Shown here in pieces: positions 8,521 through 18,100 of a DNA stretch of 64,000 nucleotides. Each line of letters opens with the position of its first letter. The stretch's first letter is position 1. The DNA lies in NCBI GenBank assembly GCA_025055575.1, contig JANWWP010000034.1, positions 273 to 64,272 on the forward strand, given 5' to 3'. The DNA comes from Flavobacteriales bacterium (lineage in GTDB: Bacteria; Bacteroidota; Bacteroidia; CAIKAF01). Under the pieces are notes generated by a model. That model did no database searches. It had not been told where the DNA came from and saw nothing but the letters and a program-made list of their open reading frames with translations. A program made the translations under genes and the position numbers.

Positions 8521-10383
8521 ATGCGTGGTTTGTGGAAAATTTTTCTCTTTGGTTTCTGGCTGGTTTTCTGTGATCGCGCAGGGGCTCAATCAGACATTCA
8601 ACCCTGTTGGCGCAAGCGCGGTCATTATCTATATGGCAGCCTTTATTTTCCGGCTTCGGATGGCACCCGATTGGCAGTGGATGTCCACTTGCCGGGCAAA
8701 AAAATTTTGAGGAAAAATGGGGGACGGGTCCCGGCTGTTTTTTATCTGACGCGTTACGTCCGGTCTCTTGAGTTGAAATGGCCGTATCGCTGGCTCAAAG
8801 ACCCCTATTTTGGCCAGGTTCCAGAAAAAGAAATCCGGTATTTTAATGATAACGGCTATGCTGTCGTCATTATGGACGCACGCGGTTCGGGCGCCTCATT
8901 TGGTAAGCGGGATATGGATTTTTCGGAACAGGAACTTGAGGATGCCCGCGAGGTGCTGGATTGGATTGTGCGACAATCGTGGTGTTCCGGAAAAATCGGC
9001 ACCACGGGTGTGTCCTATCTGGGCACCACAGCCGAGCTGCTTTTAGCTACCGGTCATCCAGCGCTTAAGGCGTGCGTTCCCAGGTCGGCTATATTTGACC
9101 TGTATGCCGATATGGCGTTCCCCGGCGGTGTGCGGCAGGGGCCCTTTGTGGACATTTGGGGCGCTACGACGCGGGCATTGGACCGAAGCGATTTTAGCTT
9201 TTTTGGAGGGAAGGCCAAAAAGTTTGTCAGGGGTGCACATCCCGTGACAGGCGATCGAAGGCGCAAACAGTTGCAAGAGGCCTTGCGTCAGCACAGCGGC
9301 AATTATGATGTGTATTCTGAGCTGAAACGTGTCATCTGTCGGGATGAATTGCATCCCACCTTGGGTCTTCCGCTCAACAGCTTTTCTGTGCACAGCCGCC
9401 TGGAGAAAATCATTCAATCTGGAGTTCCCATTTTCAGGATTGGCGGCTGGTACGACGGCGCCCTCAGCAGCAGTGTGGTCAAGGGACTTTGGCAAAATCC
9501 CAACACCCGGTATGTGCTGCTGGGCCCTTGGGATCATGGTCCGAGGGATGCCGCCAGCCCGTATGGTTGGTCGCCACAAGTTCAGGAAAACGTGTTAGAA
9601 CAGGTGCGGCTCTTTTTGGATGCCACGCTCAAAGGCGACAGCAGCGGCATCTTGTCCTGGCCCAAAGTGCGTTTTTTTAATGTTGGTCGGGAACGTTGGG
9701 TTGAGGCCTCCTGCTGGCCTGTGGCCGATAGTGTGACCCGTTGGTTTTTTTCCGCCGATTCCACCCTCCAGCAAGATTTTTGGCTGTGCCGGGCGGGCAG
9801 CTTGAATTATGGGGTGGATTACAGCGCCCACACAGGTGGCGGCAGCCGGTGGAACAGCCAGACCCCGGCTTACCGTTACACAACACATACAGGATATCCC
9901 GATCGTGCCGATCATCTTAAAAAATATCTCACTTTTCGCAGTGCGCCCTTACGTGACAGTCTTTGGATTGATGGCCACATACGTATTCAACTGCCAATGT
10001 ATTTCGACAACAGCGATCCTCAGGTGTTTGTGTATGTGGACGAGGAGGATCCACAAGGGCGCGTCCGTTACATTTCGGAAGGCATGTTGCGCATTGCGCA
10101 CCGCCAGCCTTTTGTTTCTGGGGGCCTGCAAAGCAATGTGGCGGCTTCCCAGGCGATGTTTTGTCTTCAAAACTTCAGACCTGTAAAGCCTTTGGAAAGG
10201 GAATGGGTGATCATGGACCTGTTGCCCATTTCCTACACGGTGCCGGCCGGACACCGGCTGCTTATTTCCATCGCAGGAGCAGACAGCGCTCATTTTGACA
10301 ACACCGATGCGCGGCCTAGTAAATTTGTTCTCGATTTTAATAGTCCCAGGGAAGCACAAGTTATATTTCCGGTTGGGAAATAG
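8521..10383 (+). CDS. Exported CocE/NonD family hydrolase (peptidase S15-like alpha/beta hydrolase)
   Basis: Signal peptide (AGA-Q); DGTRLAVDVHLP, DARGSGASFG, nucleophile GVSYLG, GGWYD, GPWDH; C-terminal GHRLLISIAGAD domain. Confidence 0.9.
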   Translation: MRGLWKIFLFGFWLVFCDRAGAQSDIQPCWRKRGHYLYGSLYFPASDGTRLAVDVHLPGKKILRKNGGRVPAVFYLTRYVRSLELKWPYRWLKDPYFGQVPEKEIRYFNDNGYAVVIMDARGSGASFGKRDMDFSEQELEDAREVLDWIVRQSWCSGKIGTTGVSYLGTTAELLLATGHPALKACVPRSAIFDLYADMAFPGGVRQGPFVDIWGATTRALDRSDFSFFGGKAKKFVRGAHPVTGDRRRKQLQEALRQHSGNYDVYSELKRVICRDELHPTLGLPLNSFSVHSRLEKIIQSGVPIFRIGGWYDGALSSSVVKGLWQNPNTRYVLLGPWDHGPRDAASPYGWSPQVQENVLEQVRLFLDATLKGDSSGILSWPKVRFFNVGRERWVEASCWPVADSVTRWFFSADSTLQQDFWLCRAGSLNYGVDYSAHTGGGSRWNSQTPAYRYTTHTGYPDRADHLKKYLTFRSAPLRDSLWIDGHIRIQLPMYFDNSDPQVFVYVDEEDPQGRVRYISEGMLRIAHRQPFVSGGLQSNVAASQAMFCLQNFRPVKPLEREWVIMDLLPISYTVPAGHRLLISIAGADSAHFDNTDARPSKFVLDFNSPREAQVIFPVGK

Positions 10384-10671
10384 CAGAATTTTTTGAAGGG
10401 ATTTTTAGCTTTTTCTTTAAAATTATACGTATAAATAATTCAATATAATATCAGTAGGCACTCTGCATAAAAGCTAATCATAAAAAATTATAGAAAAAAT
10501 GTTCTTTGTTAAAATTAAACTATGTGTTATTGTATTCATAATTATCTTAAAGGGATTGTTTTGATTTATTTCCTTTTTGAGGTTCAAAGTCTTTACAGGA
10601 ATTCATGATTTGGGAAGGGAATCAAAGAAATTCCCTGCTGCGTTTTCTTCTGCTTCCATCGCATTATTCTG

Positions 10672-10679
10672 CATCTTTG
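10672..10679 (+). promoter_or_regulatory. Variant -7 element 4 nt upstream of the start codon (leaderless-type)
   Basis: CATCTTTG-ttcc-ATG. Confidence 0.5.
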
Positions 10680-10683
10680 TTCC

Positions 10684-11454
10684 ATGGAGCGAGTCTATCA
10701 ATTTTTGCGTAGGGAGGGCAGTACGGCTCTTCCGGTGCTGCGTTTGTCACGTCCCAAAGCCAACGCCTTGAATCTTTCCGTTGTTCAGGAAATCACCGAG
10801 GCTTTTACTGCCCTGGCGCATGACGAGTCCGTGCGGGCTGTGGTATTGACAGGGGAAGGGCATTTTTTCAGCGCCGGTCTGGATGTGGTGGAACTGGCCG
10901 GTTATGATGTGGCGCAGTCCGAGACCTTTTGGTATGCGTTTGCGCGCATGTTGGAAACTTTGGCGTTGTTTCCCAAGCCCTGGGTGTGCGCCATCAATGG
11001 ACACAGCCCCGCGGGGGGATGCATTTTGGCCATCTGTGCCGACCACCGCGTTATGGCGGAGGGGCCCTACACAATTGGGCTCAACGAAGTGCCTGTGGGC
11101 ATTGTGGTGCCAGAGCCGGTGTATGTGCTGTACAGTCAATGGGTGGGGCCAGGCCGGGCTTATCAATACCTTTTGCAGGGGCGCCTCCTCACGCCGGCCG
11201 AAGCCCTCAGCGCCGGGCTTGTGGATGCTGTGGTGCCTCCGCCCCAGGTGCTGGAAACTGCTCTGTACACCGCCCGTGTTTATGAAAATTTAGATCCTGA
11301 CACACTCCGGAAGACCAAGCTCAATCTGAGACAGGCTTTTGCCCGCAGCGTGGAGGGCGGTTTTGAAAAAACCTTTGGCGACACCCTCCGCCACTGGTGG
11401 TCGCCTGGAGCGCGTGCAGCCCTTCAGGCTTTAGTTCAGAAATTAAAAAAGTGA
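10684..11454 (+). CDS. Enoyl-CoA hydratase/isomerase family protein (delta-isomerase-like)
   Basis: RPKANAL, FFSAGLD, AINGHSPAGG and IGLNEV crotonase motifs. Confidence 0.92.
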   Translation: MERVYQFLRREGSTALPVLRLSRPKANALNLSVVQEITEAFTALAHDESVRAVVLTGEGHFFSAGLDVVELAGYDVAQSETFWYAFARMLETLALFPKPWVCAINGHSPAGGCILAICADHRVMAEGPYTIGLNEVPVGIVVPEPVYVLYSQWVGPGRAYQYLLQGRLLTPAEALSAGLVDAVVPPPQVLETALYTARVYENLDPDTLRKTKLNLRQAFARSVEGGFEKTFGDTLRHWWSPGARAALQALVQKLKK

Positions 11455-11480
11455 ATTTGGAATTTTTGAGGGGGCTTTAT

Positions 11481-11488
11481 TAATTTTG
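11481..11488 (+). promoter_or_regulatory. -7 promoter element of tRNA-Gly
   Basis: TAATTTTG 13 nt before the mature tRNA; TTTG (-33-like) at 11456-11459. Confidence 0.7.
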
Positions 11489-11501
11489 CCATCCCTAAAA
11501 T

Positions 11502-11577
<76 letters not shown>

Positions 11578-11582
11578 TCCTG

Positions 11583-11607
11583 TGGCCTCTATGAGGTCAT
11601 TTTTTTT
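11583..11607 (+). terminator. Intrinsic terminator of tRNA-Gly
   Basis: TGGCCTC-TAT-GAGGTCA hairpin (one G-U pair) followed by an 8-T run. Confidence 0.75.
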
Positions 11608-11831
11608 AAAAGGCCCTACTGATTTTTTCTTTTAAAAAAGTAGCTCAGCGTTTTTTCAGGCCGAGTTCTGCTTTTGCATGCGAGAGCGCTAAGCTTCGAC
11701 AGAGCGCCGGAGGCGCCCGGTGAACCACCATGCACTTCCGTTTCCTAGCCAGACCTTGTAAGACAATCTGCACCGGAAGGAGGAATTCATGTGCTTTGAT
11801 GGGGTTCTGCTGCCACGCTAAGAAGGGCGAG

Positions 11832-11990
11832 GTGTGCGTGAGGGATGCGGAGGGCGGGGCCACAGGCCCCGGCACTGCCCTGAGCCCGCGCAGCGGGCGA
11901 AGGGATTGCCGGAGCGTCCGCGGAGCCCGAAGCAGCCCGACCCCCGGCGGTCCTTCGGTACGCCGCGAAGGCGCGGCTACTCAGGAATCG
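11832..11990. repeat. GC-rich REP/palindromic-like element: inverted pair of CCTGAG-[hairpin]-CGAAGG units
   Basis: CCTGAGCCCGCGCAGCGGGCGAAGG at 11879-11903 on +; CCTGAGTAGCCGCGCCTTCGCGGCGTACCGAAGG at 11952-11985 on -. Located in a non-coding convergent gap. Confidence 0.55.
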
Positions 11991-12086
11991 GAAGAACCTA
12001 CTGGAAGGACAGCCCGAAAAGCATTAAATCCCGGCCCGCCGGGGGGCACGCCCAAATACATCAAAAAGATCGCGAGGGCCGACGGC

Positions 12087-14336
12087 TTAGAAGTTGTCCT
12101 GCCCCATGATGCGGGGCCAAGTGGCTTCGTAGGCGTTGGCAAAATCGCGCAGGGGGCCCCAGTCTTCGCCCCAGACGCGGATGTGCTGACCTTGCACTAC
12201 ACCCAGTGCTAGCGCAGGCGTGCCGTGGCGATGGGCCTGCTGCAGGAGGGCTTCCCGGCGGTGCGGAGGCACGGCCACCACACAGCGGCTCTGGCCTTCA
12301 CCAAAAAGAAAGGCATCCGGGCGAACGGGAGGTGGTGCCTGGAGATCGAAACCAAGACCTGAGTGGATGGCCATTTCCAAGAGGCAGCAGATGAGGCCCC
12401 CATCGGAAACGTCGTGCGCGGCTGAAACAATGTGGTCGCGGGCAAGGGCGCGGAGGAGGTGGTGCAGCGAACTCTCGGCTTCGAGATCTATGTGGGGGGC
12501 CGGGCTGTGGACAATGTGATGCCATGAGGCCACGTATTCGGAACCGGCGATGTCATGGGTGACCGGCCCCAGTAGCCAAATTTCATCGCCCTCTGTACGG
12601 AAGGGCAGTGTGACGCGCCAAGATGGATCTTCCAGGAGGCCGACCATGCCGATAGTGGGCGTGGGGTAAACAGGGATGCTGCGGTCGGCCCATTGGGTTT
12701 GGTTGTAGAAACTGACGTTGCCGCCTGTGACGGGAATACCGAAAAATTTGCAGGCCTTGGCCATGCCGCGAATGGCTTCCACAAATTGCCAATAGACTTC
12801 GGGGTTGTAGGGGTTACCAAAGTTGAGGCAATTGGTGAGGCCCAGAGGTGTGGCCCCGGTGGCGGCCAGATTGCGGGCGGCTTCTGCCACGGCAATGAGG
12901 GCGCCTTGTGCAGGCTGGCAATACACATAGCGCGGGTTGCAGTCCACCGTGACGGCTAAAGCTTTTCCGGTGTCGTGCAGGCGGACTACGGCGGCGTCCG
13001 AGGGATGGACCGCGGACATGTTGGCCGTGCCCACCATGCTGTCGTACTGCCGGGTGATCCACTTTTTGGAGGCAATGTTGGGATGGGAAATGAGAAAGCG
13101 GGCCACATCACGCAAGTTTTTGGGTATGGGCACGATGGCCGGATCGAACTTTTCGACATCATCCTGATAGGCCGGCCGGCTAAATGGCCTGTCGTATTGA
13201 GGTGCACCGCCTCCCACAACGAGCGCCTCGGCTGGAATTTCAGCTACCTTTTGATCGTTGAAGAAAAAGCGCAGGAGGGGACCTTCCGTCACGACGCCGA
13301 TTTGAGCGCAATGGAGATCCCACTTATCAAAAATCCTTTTCACTTCTTCTTCGCGGCCTTTGTGCACTACCACGAGCATGCGTTCCTGGGATTCGGAAAG
13401 AAGAAGCTCAAAAGGGTGCATGTGGCCTCCGCGTGTGGGCACGCGGTCCAGCCAAATATCCATGCCCACCCCCCCGCGGGCGCTCATTTCGCTGGTGGAG
13501 CAGATGATGCCGGCAGCACCCATGTCCTGCATGCCAGCGATGCTGCCCGTGCGGGCCAGCTCCAGCGTGGCCTCGAGAAGAAGTTTTTCCTGGAAGGGAT
13601 CGCCCACCTGCACGGCGGGCAAGTCTTTGATGCTGTCTTCTGTGAGATCTCCGCTGGCAAAGGAAGCGCCATGGATACCGTCTTTTCCAGTGGCGGAGCC
13701 TACGATGAAGACAGGGTTTCCTACGCCGCGGGCTGTGGCGGAGAGAATCTCCCCACGGCGGAGGATACCCACGCTCATGGCGTTGACCAGCGGATTCTGT
13801 GAGAAGGATTCGTGGACAAAGACTTCACCGGCTACGGTGGGCACACCAAAAGCGTTGCCATAGTCGCCAATGCCTTTGACGACGCCGCGAACGATGCGGC
13901 GCACGCGCGGCTCGTTCAGGTCACCAAAACGGAGGGAGTTCAGCTGGGCTATGGGCCGTGCGCCCATCGTGAAAATATCGCGGTTGATGCCGCCCACTCC
14001 GGTGGCCGCGCCCTGGTAGGGTTCAATAGCCGAAGGATGGTTGTGCGACTCAATTTTGAAAGCGCAGGCCCAGCCATCCCCCAGATCTATGAGGCCTGCG
14101 TTTTCTTCGCCGGCTTCGGCCAGAACCCTCGGGCTTTTGCGGGGCAGGGTTTTAAGGTATTTGATGGAATTTTTGTAAGAGCAATGTTCGCTCCACATGC
14201 CACTGAAGGCACAGAGTTCGGTGAAGTTGGGCGCGCGTCCGAGCAATTCGCAAATGCGCTGGTATTCTTCAGGAAGAAGGCCCAGCTTTTGGGCTGTTTG
14301 GACGGAGGTGGTTTCGGAGGCGTAGTCCCGGCTCAT
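12087..14336 (-). CDS. purL: Phosphoribosylformylglycinamidine synthase subunit PurL (small type)
   Basis: [57 protein letters not shown] and HDVSDGG motifs. ATG 14336 preferred. Confidence 0.98.
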   Translation of the reverse strand: MSRDYASETTSVQTAQKLGLLPEEYQRICELLGRAPNFTELCAFSGMWSEHCSYKNSIKYLKTLPRKSPRVLAEAGEENAGLIDLGDGWACAFKIESHNHPSAIEPYQGAATGVGGINRDIFTMGARPIAQLNSLRFGDLNEPRVRRIVRGVVKGIGDYGNAFGVPTVAGEVFVHESFSQNPLVNAMSVGILRRGEILSATARGVGNPVFIVGSATGKDGIHGASFASGDLTEDSIKDLPAVQVGDPFQEKLLLEATLELARTGSIAGMQDMGAAGIICSTSEMSARGGVGMDIWLDRVPTRGGHMHPFELLLSESQERMLVVVHKGREEEVKRIFDKWDLHCAQIGVVTEGPLLRFFFNDQKVAEIPAEALVVGGGAPQYDRPFSRPAYQDDVEKFDPAIVPIPKNLRDVARFLISHPNIASKKWITRQYDSMVGTANMSAVHPSDAAVVRLHDTGKALAVTVDCNPRYVYCQPAQGALIAVAEAARNLAATGATPLGLTNCLNFGNPYNPEVYWQFVEAIRGMAKACKFFGIPVTGGNVSFYNQTQWADRSIPVYPTPTIGMVGLLEDPSWRVTLPFRTEGDEIWLLGPVTHDIAGSEYVASWHHIVHSPAPHIDLEAESSLHHLLRALARDHIVSAAHDVSDGGLICCLLEMAIHSGLGFDLQAPPPVRPDAFLFGEGQSRCVVAVPPHRREALLQQAHRHGTPALALGVVQGQHIRVWGEDWGPLRDFANAYEATWPRIMGQDNF

Positions 14337-14397
14337 CGGGCAGCAAAGTAAAGGGAATTCCCTCAATACTGGGGCTGCAGAAGGAGCTTTGAAGGGT

Positions 14398-15180
14398 TCA
14401 GGGTCGGCGAAGGGCCCTGAAGCTAAAAAAGGCTCCTGCCAGGATGAAGGGCAGACTGAGGGCCTGCCCGGTGGTGAAGGGCCCCAGGAAGGGTGTGAGC
14501 CCGGGCGGTTCCTTTAAATATTCCAAGAGGAAACGCGGAACGAAAATGCCTAAAAGGAAGAGGCCCGTGAGCCCCAGACGGCCTGGCGCCAGGCGGGGAA
14601 TCTGGCGTTGGTGGAGGCCCCACAGCAGGAGGAAGAGCGCCAGATAAGCCACCGCCTCGTACAGCTGCACCGGATGGCGCGGATGGGCATCCACGCGGGC
14701 GAAGACGATGGCCCAAGGCAGGTGGGAGGGCGTTCCCACCAGCTCGCTGTTAAAAAAATTACCGATGCGGATGAGTCCGTCAGCCAGGGCGCAGGGCAGT
14801 GTGAGAAGGTCCACTACGAGTTCTGGCTTTAGGTCGCGGCGAAGCCAGCGACACCACAGCCAGGCGGCGGACACAAGGCCAAGTCCTCCTCCATGGCTGG
14901 CCAAACCTCCTGCAGAAACCTGGAGAATTTCTCCCGGATGCTTTGAAAAATATGCCCAGTCGTAGAACAGCACGTGAAAAATTCGTGCCCCTGCAATAGA
15001 CAACAGAACAGCTAACAATAAAAGAACATCCACATGGCGGGCAGAAATTTTCTGCCCGAAGAGAAGTTTTTTGAAGAGACCATAGCCCAAAACGTAACCC
15101 AGGGTGAAAAAGAGGGTGTACCAGCGCAGGGAAAGAGGCCCCAGATGAAAGGCCACCGGATCTGGCTGCCAAGTGATCAT
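14398..15180 (-). CDS. lgt: Prolipoprotein diacylglyceryl transferase
   Basis: [39 protein letters not shown] and RFLLEY motifs. Start MITW at 15180 overlaps the upstream stop (ATGA). Confidence 0.95.
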   Translation of the reverse strand: MITWQPDPVAFHLGPLSLRWYTLFFTLGYVLGYGLFKKLLFGQKISARHVDVLLLLAVLLSIAGARIFHVLFYDWAYFSKHPGEILQVSAGGLASHGGGLGLVSAAWLWCRWLRRDLKPELVVDLLTLPCALADGLIRIGNFFNSELVGTPSHLPWAIVFARVDAHPRHPVQLYEAVAYLALFLLLWGLHQRQIPRLAPGRLGLTGLFLLGIFVPRFLLEYLKEPPGLTPFLGPFTTGQALSLPFILAGAFFSFRALRRP

Positions 15181-18100
15181 TTTAGTTCGTCGGCAAATTG
15201 CTGAGCGCGGCGCTGTGTGCCCGGGGTCAGGGTGAAGGGCGGCTGACCTTCCTTGCCTTCCACCTGACGTTTTTTGGGGTCCATTTCGGCCAGCTTTTTG
15301 TTGAATTCTTCGGAACTGGACACAAGCGACATCACGTTGTTGCGATAGGCAAAAAAGTAGTAGGTGCCTTGTTCGGGCTCCAGATACAGATGGAAACCAT
15401 CCCCGCCGCGACGCCTGAAAAATTCCAATTTCACGGTAAGATTTTTTAGAACGGGTTTTCCCCCCAGCGCCAGCAGAGCGGCGGAGCCATTGTGCACCAA
15501 GGACTTGCGGGCTTTGTCCCATACGAGGTGTATGCCGCTCAGAGCTACGGTTTTTTCCAGTTCATCAGGCAGTTTGCGCACGTCGCCTTCCCGGATGTCT
15601 TCCTTAAAACGGTTGAGGCGTCTTGGGTCTGAAATGAGGGCGGCAAGGTTTTTCTGGAACTCGGCATCTTTGAGATCGGCAGTATTTTTTTCGCCCTTCA
15701 TAATTTTTTCCAGCATCAGGTTCACGAAATCATTTTCCAAGGGAAACTGTAACAAAAGAAGCAGATCCAGGCTTGTGTTGGCGTTTTTGGGATCATAGGT
15801 GATACGCCCCACCGCTTTATCCTGAACCTGCCCCATGCGATTTCCCAAATCCATCACACCTTCTGCGGTGGCCGAACACTCGGCGGCATTGAAGATCATC
15901 ATCGGATCCGGGAGCGCGGGATTTCCAAATTTTTCCTTGGTGGTGATTTTGTACTCGTTGGTGCTTTTGTCGTAACGCAAGAGGCCGCTCACGCGAATGA
16001 CTTCCTGGTCGCCGGAAGCTTTTTTGGTGGCAAACATCACGGGGTAAATGCCACTGGAGTCGGAAGCGTATGCAAAACCATTGAACAGGGGACGGTTCAA
16101 CTCATCTTTGGGGTCGGGAGGAACCGGAATAAATATGTCTTTGGGATTGATGCGGGCCTGAAATTTCATCCAGCTTTTGGACACCGCCGCGCAACTGTGG
16201 TTGAGCCGGCAGGCACCTTCGAATAAGATTTCGTCTTTCTGGCTGTTGATCATTAAATCACCCTTGAAGCTGAGGCGAGGATTGAAGGTGAAATTATCCT
16301 CTTCATTGACCCTTCCGCGGGCATACATCTGTCGGGCGGTATCAATATCAATTTTAGTTATGTTCACCACGTTGGCCTTTCCGGACTCATCCACATAGGT
16401 ATATTTTCCCGTGCCGCTGATTTTGAAACGGCCGTCCACTTTTATGTCGGCGTCGGTGATGACGTATCGGGGGGACGAAGCCGGCATATCAATGCGTGCG
16501 TTTTTCAGTGGATCCATGGCGGCATCGCGGCGGATGACCACCTTTCCCTTGTCAGGAAACACCCGACTGTCGGCCACATCCATAAATTTTACATCTTCCC
16601 CGTAAATGGTGTTGGTGCTTTGGGTAAACCGCGCTTTTGGAGATACGAAACTCAGCGAGTCTTGTTCCGGCTTGGTGGACACGAAAAGAGCGCCTTTCAA
16701 GTCAATACTTTCTACTTTGCGGGTATTCAGGTCCACTTCCCCTTTGTCCATATACCAAATCATCTCTTCCATATAAGCCTTGTATTTGTTGATGGGGAAA
16801 TTGATAAACGACTCGGAAGAATTGCTGATAAAACGGCCTTCGCGCGCTGTGAAAGAAACGTCGGCCTTCACGTTTTCCGTGGTGAACGACATGGAAGAAA
16901 GATCGCCGGTAGCCTGTTCCAGGTTTTTGAGCGCAAAGCTGGTGGTATCAGCACGTGTCACGTCTGCCCGGAACACAAACTGGTTGGATTTCATTTCAGC
17001 CGAACCCATGTCCAGGCGGCCTGTGCCTGTAAGGCCGCGGCTGGTGAGATTGATGGTGCCGTGCATTTCGGATTCGCCCTTAAACATTTTCATGGGCTTG
17101 TCGGTCATGCTCACAAGGAATTTATCCTTCATGGGTTCCCAGTGCACTTGCACATCTTCGGCCTGCACATCGGCATATTCCACGCGGCCCGTGGTGCGCT
17201 CGATATTGAATTTTTTGGCCAGGGTGTTCATGCTGTCGGGATACCATTTAAAATCGTCGGACTGGGCTGTGGAAGCCAGGTATTTGAGTTGACCCCTGCC
17301 CCGGAGCCCTTTATGAGACAGGCTTATTTCGTTGTAATATTGGCCGGCCCCGCCATACACCGGCATGCCGGATTCCGGGGTTTTCCGGAGAAAGCCCAGA
17401 GAGTAGTCCGGCATGATGACAATTTTTTCGCGGAAATCCGGAAAAATACCCGCCGAAACGAAAGTGCCGTCCAGGGCAAGTTTTTCGGTATCAAAGACGT
17501 CCAAGGAGTCGATCACAAAAGGATCCAGCTGAAAATAAAAAGTTTGCCTTGGATAGACGCCACCTTCGATGGATTTTCGGTCATAATAGCAAAAGGAAGG
17601 TCTTTTGCTGGTGTAGATGGGGTATTCGGCCAAGCCTTTCAGCCCTGATTTGTTGTCAGGTCGGTCTATTTGAAGGTCGGCATTCACTTGTTCTATCACA
17701 GTGATCACATTGCGGAGCGGGCGGTTGCCTTTTTCGTCGGGTTCGCGGGAAGGTACGCGAATGCGGACGGAATCCACATTTTCCAGCAACATTTTGAATT
17801 TTTCGTTGAGATAGTCAAACTTTTTCCCATACGAAATAATACGTCCTGAGGCCACCTGGCCATCCATGCTGAAGTCCATATCTTTTTTCAGGACCAGGTC
17901 GCCCCGTTTGGGATATACAAAAACGCTTTGGGAGTCGCTCATGATGATTTTATTCACCCCGGACATCCGGAGATCGTAATCCAGAAGACTCAGTTTCCCG
18001 TTAATGTCGCCCGTAAGTGAATTGAATTCGATGATATCGTAATCGGTTTTCCGGGCGCGGGCGTTGATAAAATGAAAGAAACGGTCTGTCATTTCACAGA

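Noticed and set aside
10384..10683. Replication origin or dif site in the AT-rich islands
   Set aside because: No clustered DnaA boxes (TTATCCACA-like) or XerD arm (TTATGTTAAAT-like) were seen by eye.
11644..11748. Short + frame reading VLLLHARALSF, like the C-terminal motif of RluA pseudouridine synthases
   Set aside because: It is bounded by stops, has no convincing start and no other RluA motifs; most likely chance.
11770..11790. CCGGAAGGAG resembling the SRP RNA loop
   Set aside because: The flanking conserved CAGG and AGCAG bases are missing.
11730..12212. 160-aa, 91-aa and 76-aa ORFs across the tRNA-purL gap
   Set aside because: Low-complexity Arg/Pro/Gly translations of GC-rich palindromic DNA, partly antisense to purL, with no recognisable domain.
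15181..15522. N-terminal extension of lgt in the ORF track (similar extensions for the M20 amidohydrolase, fbp, meaB, mdh and the O-antigen ligase)
   Set aside because: The extensions overlap upstream genes or promoter elements; internal ATGs match family N-termini and ATGA coupling.
16620..17648. Long antisense ORFs (342 aa here; also 12975-13802, 34416-35168 and 48124-48855)
   Set aside because: They lie opposite well-supported genes and have no motifs; typical shadow ORFs caused by codon bias.
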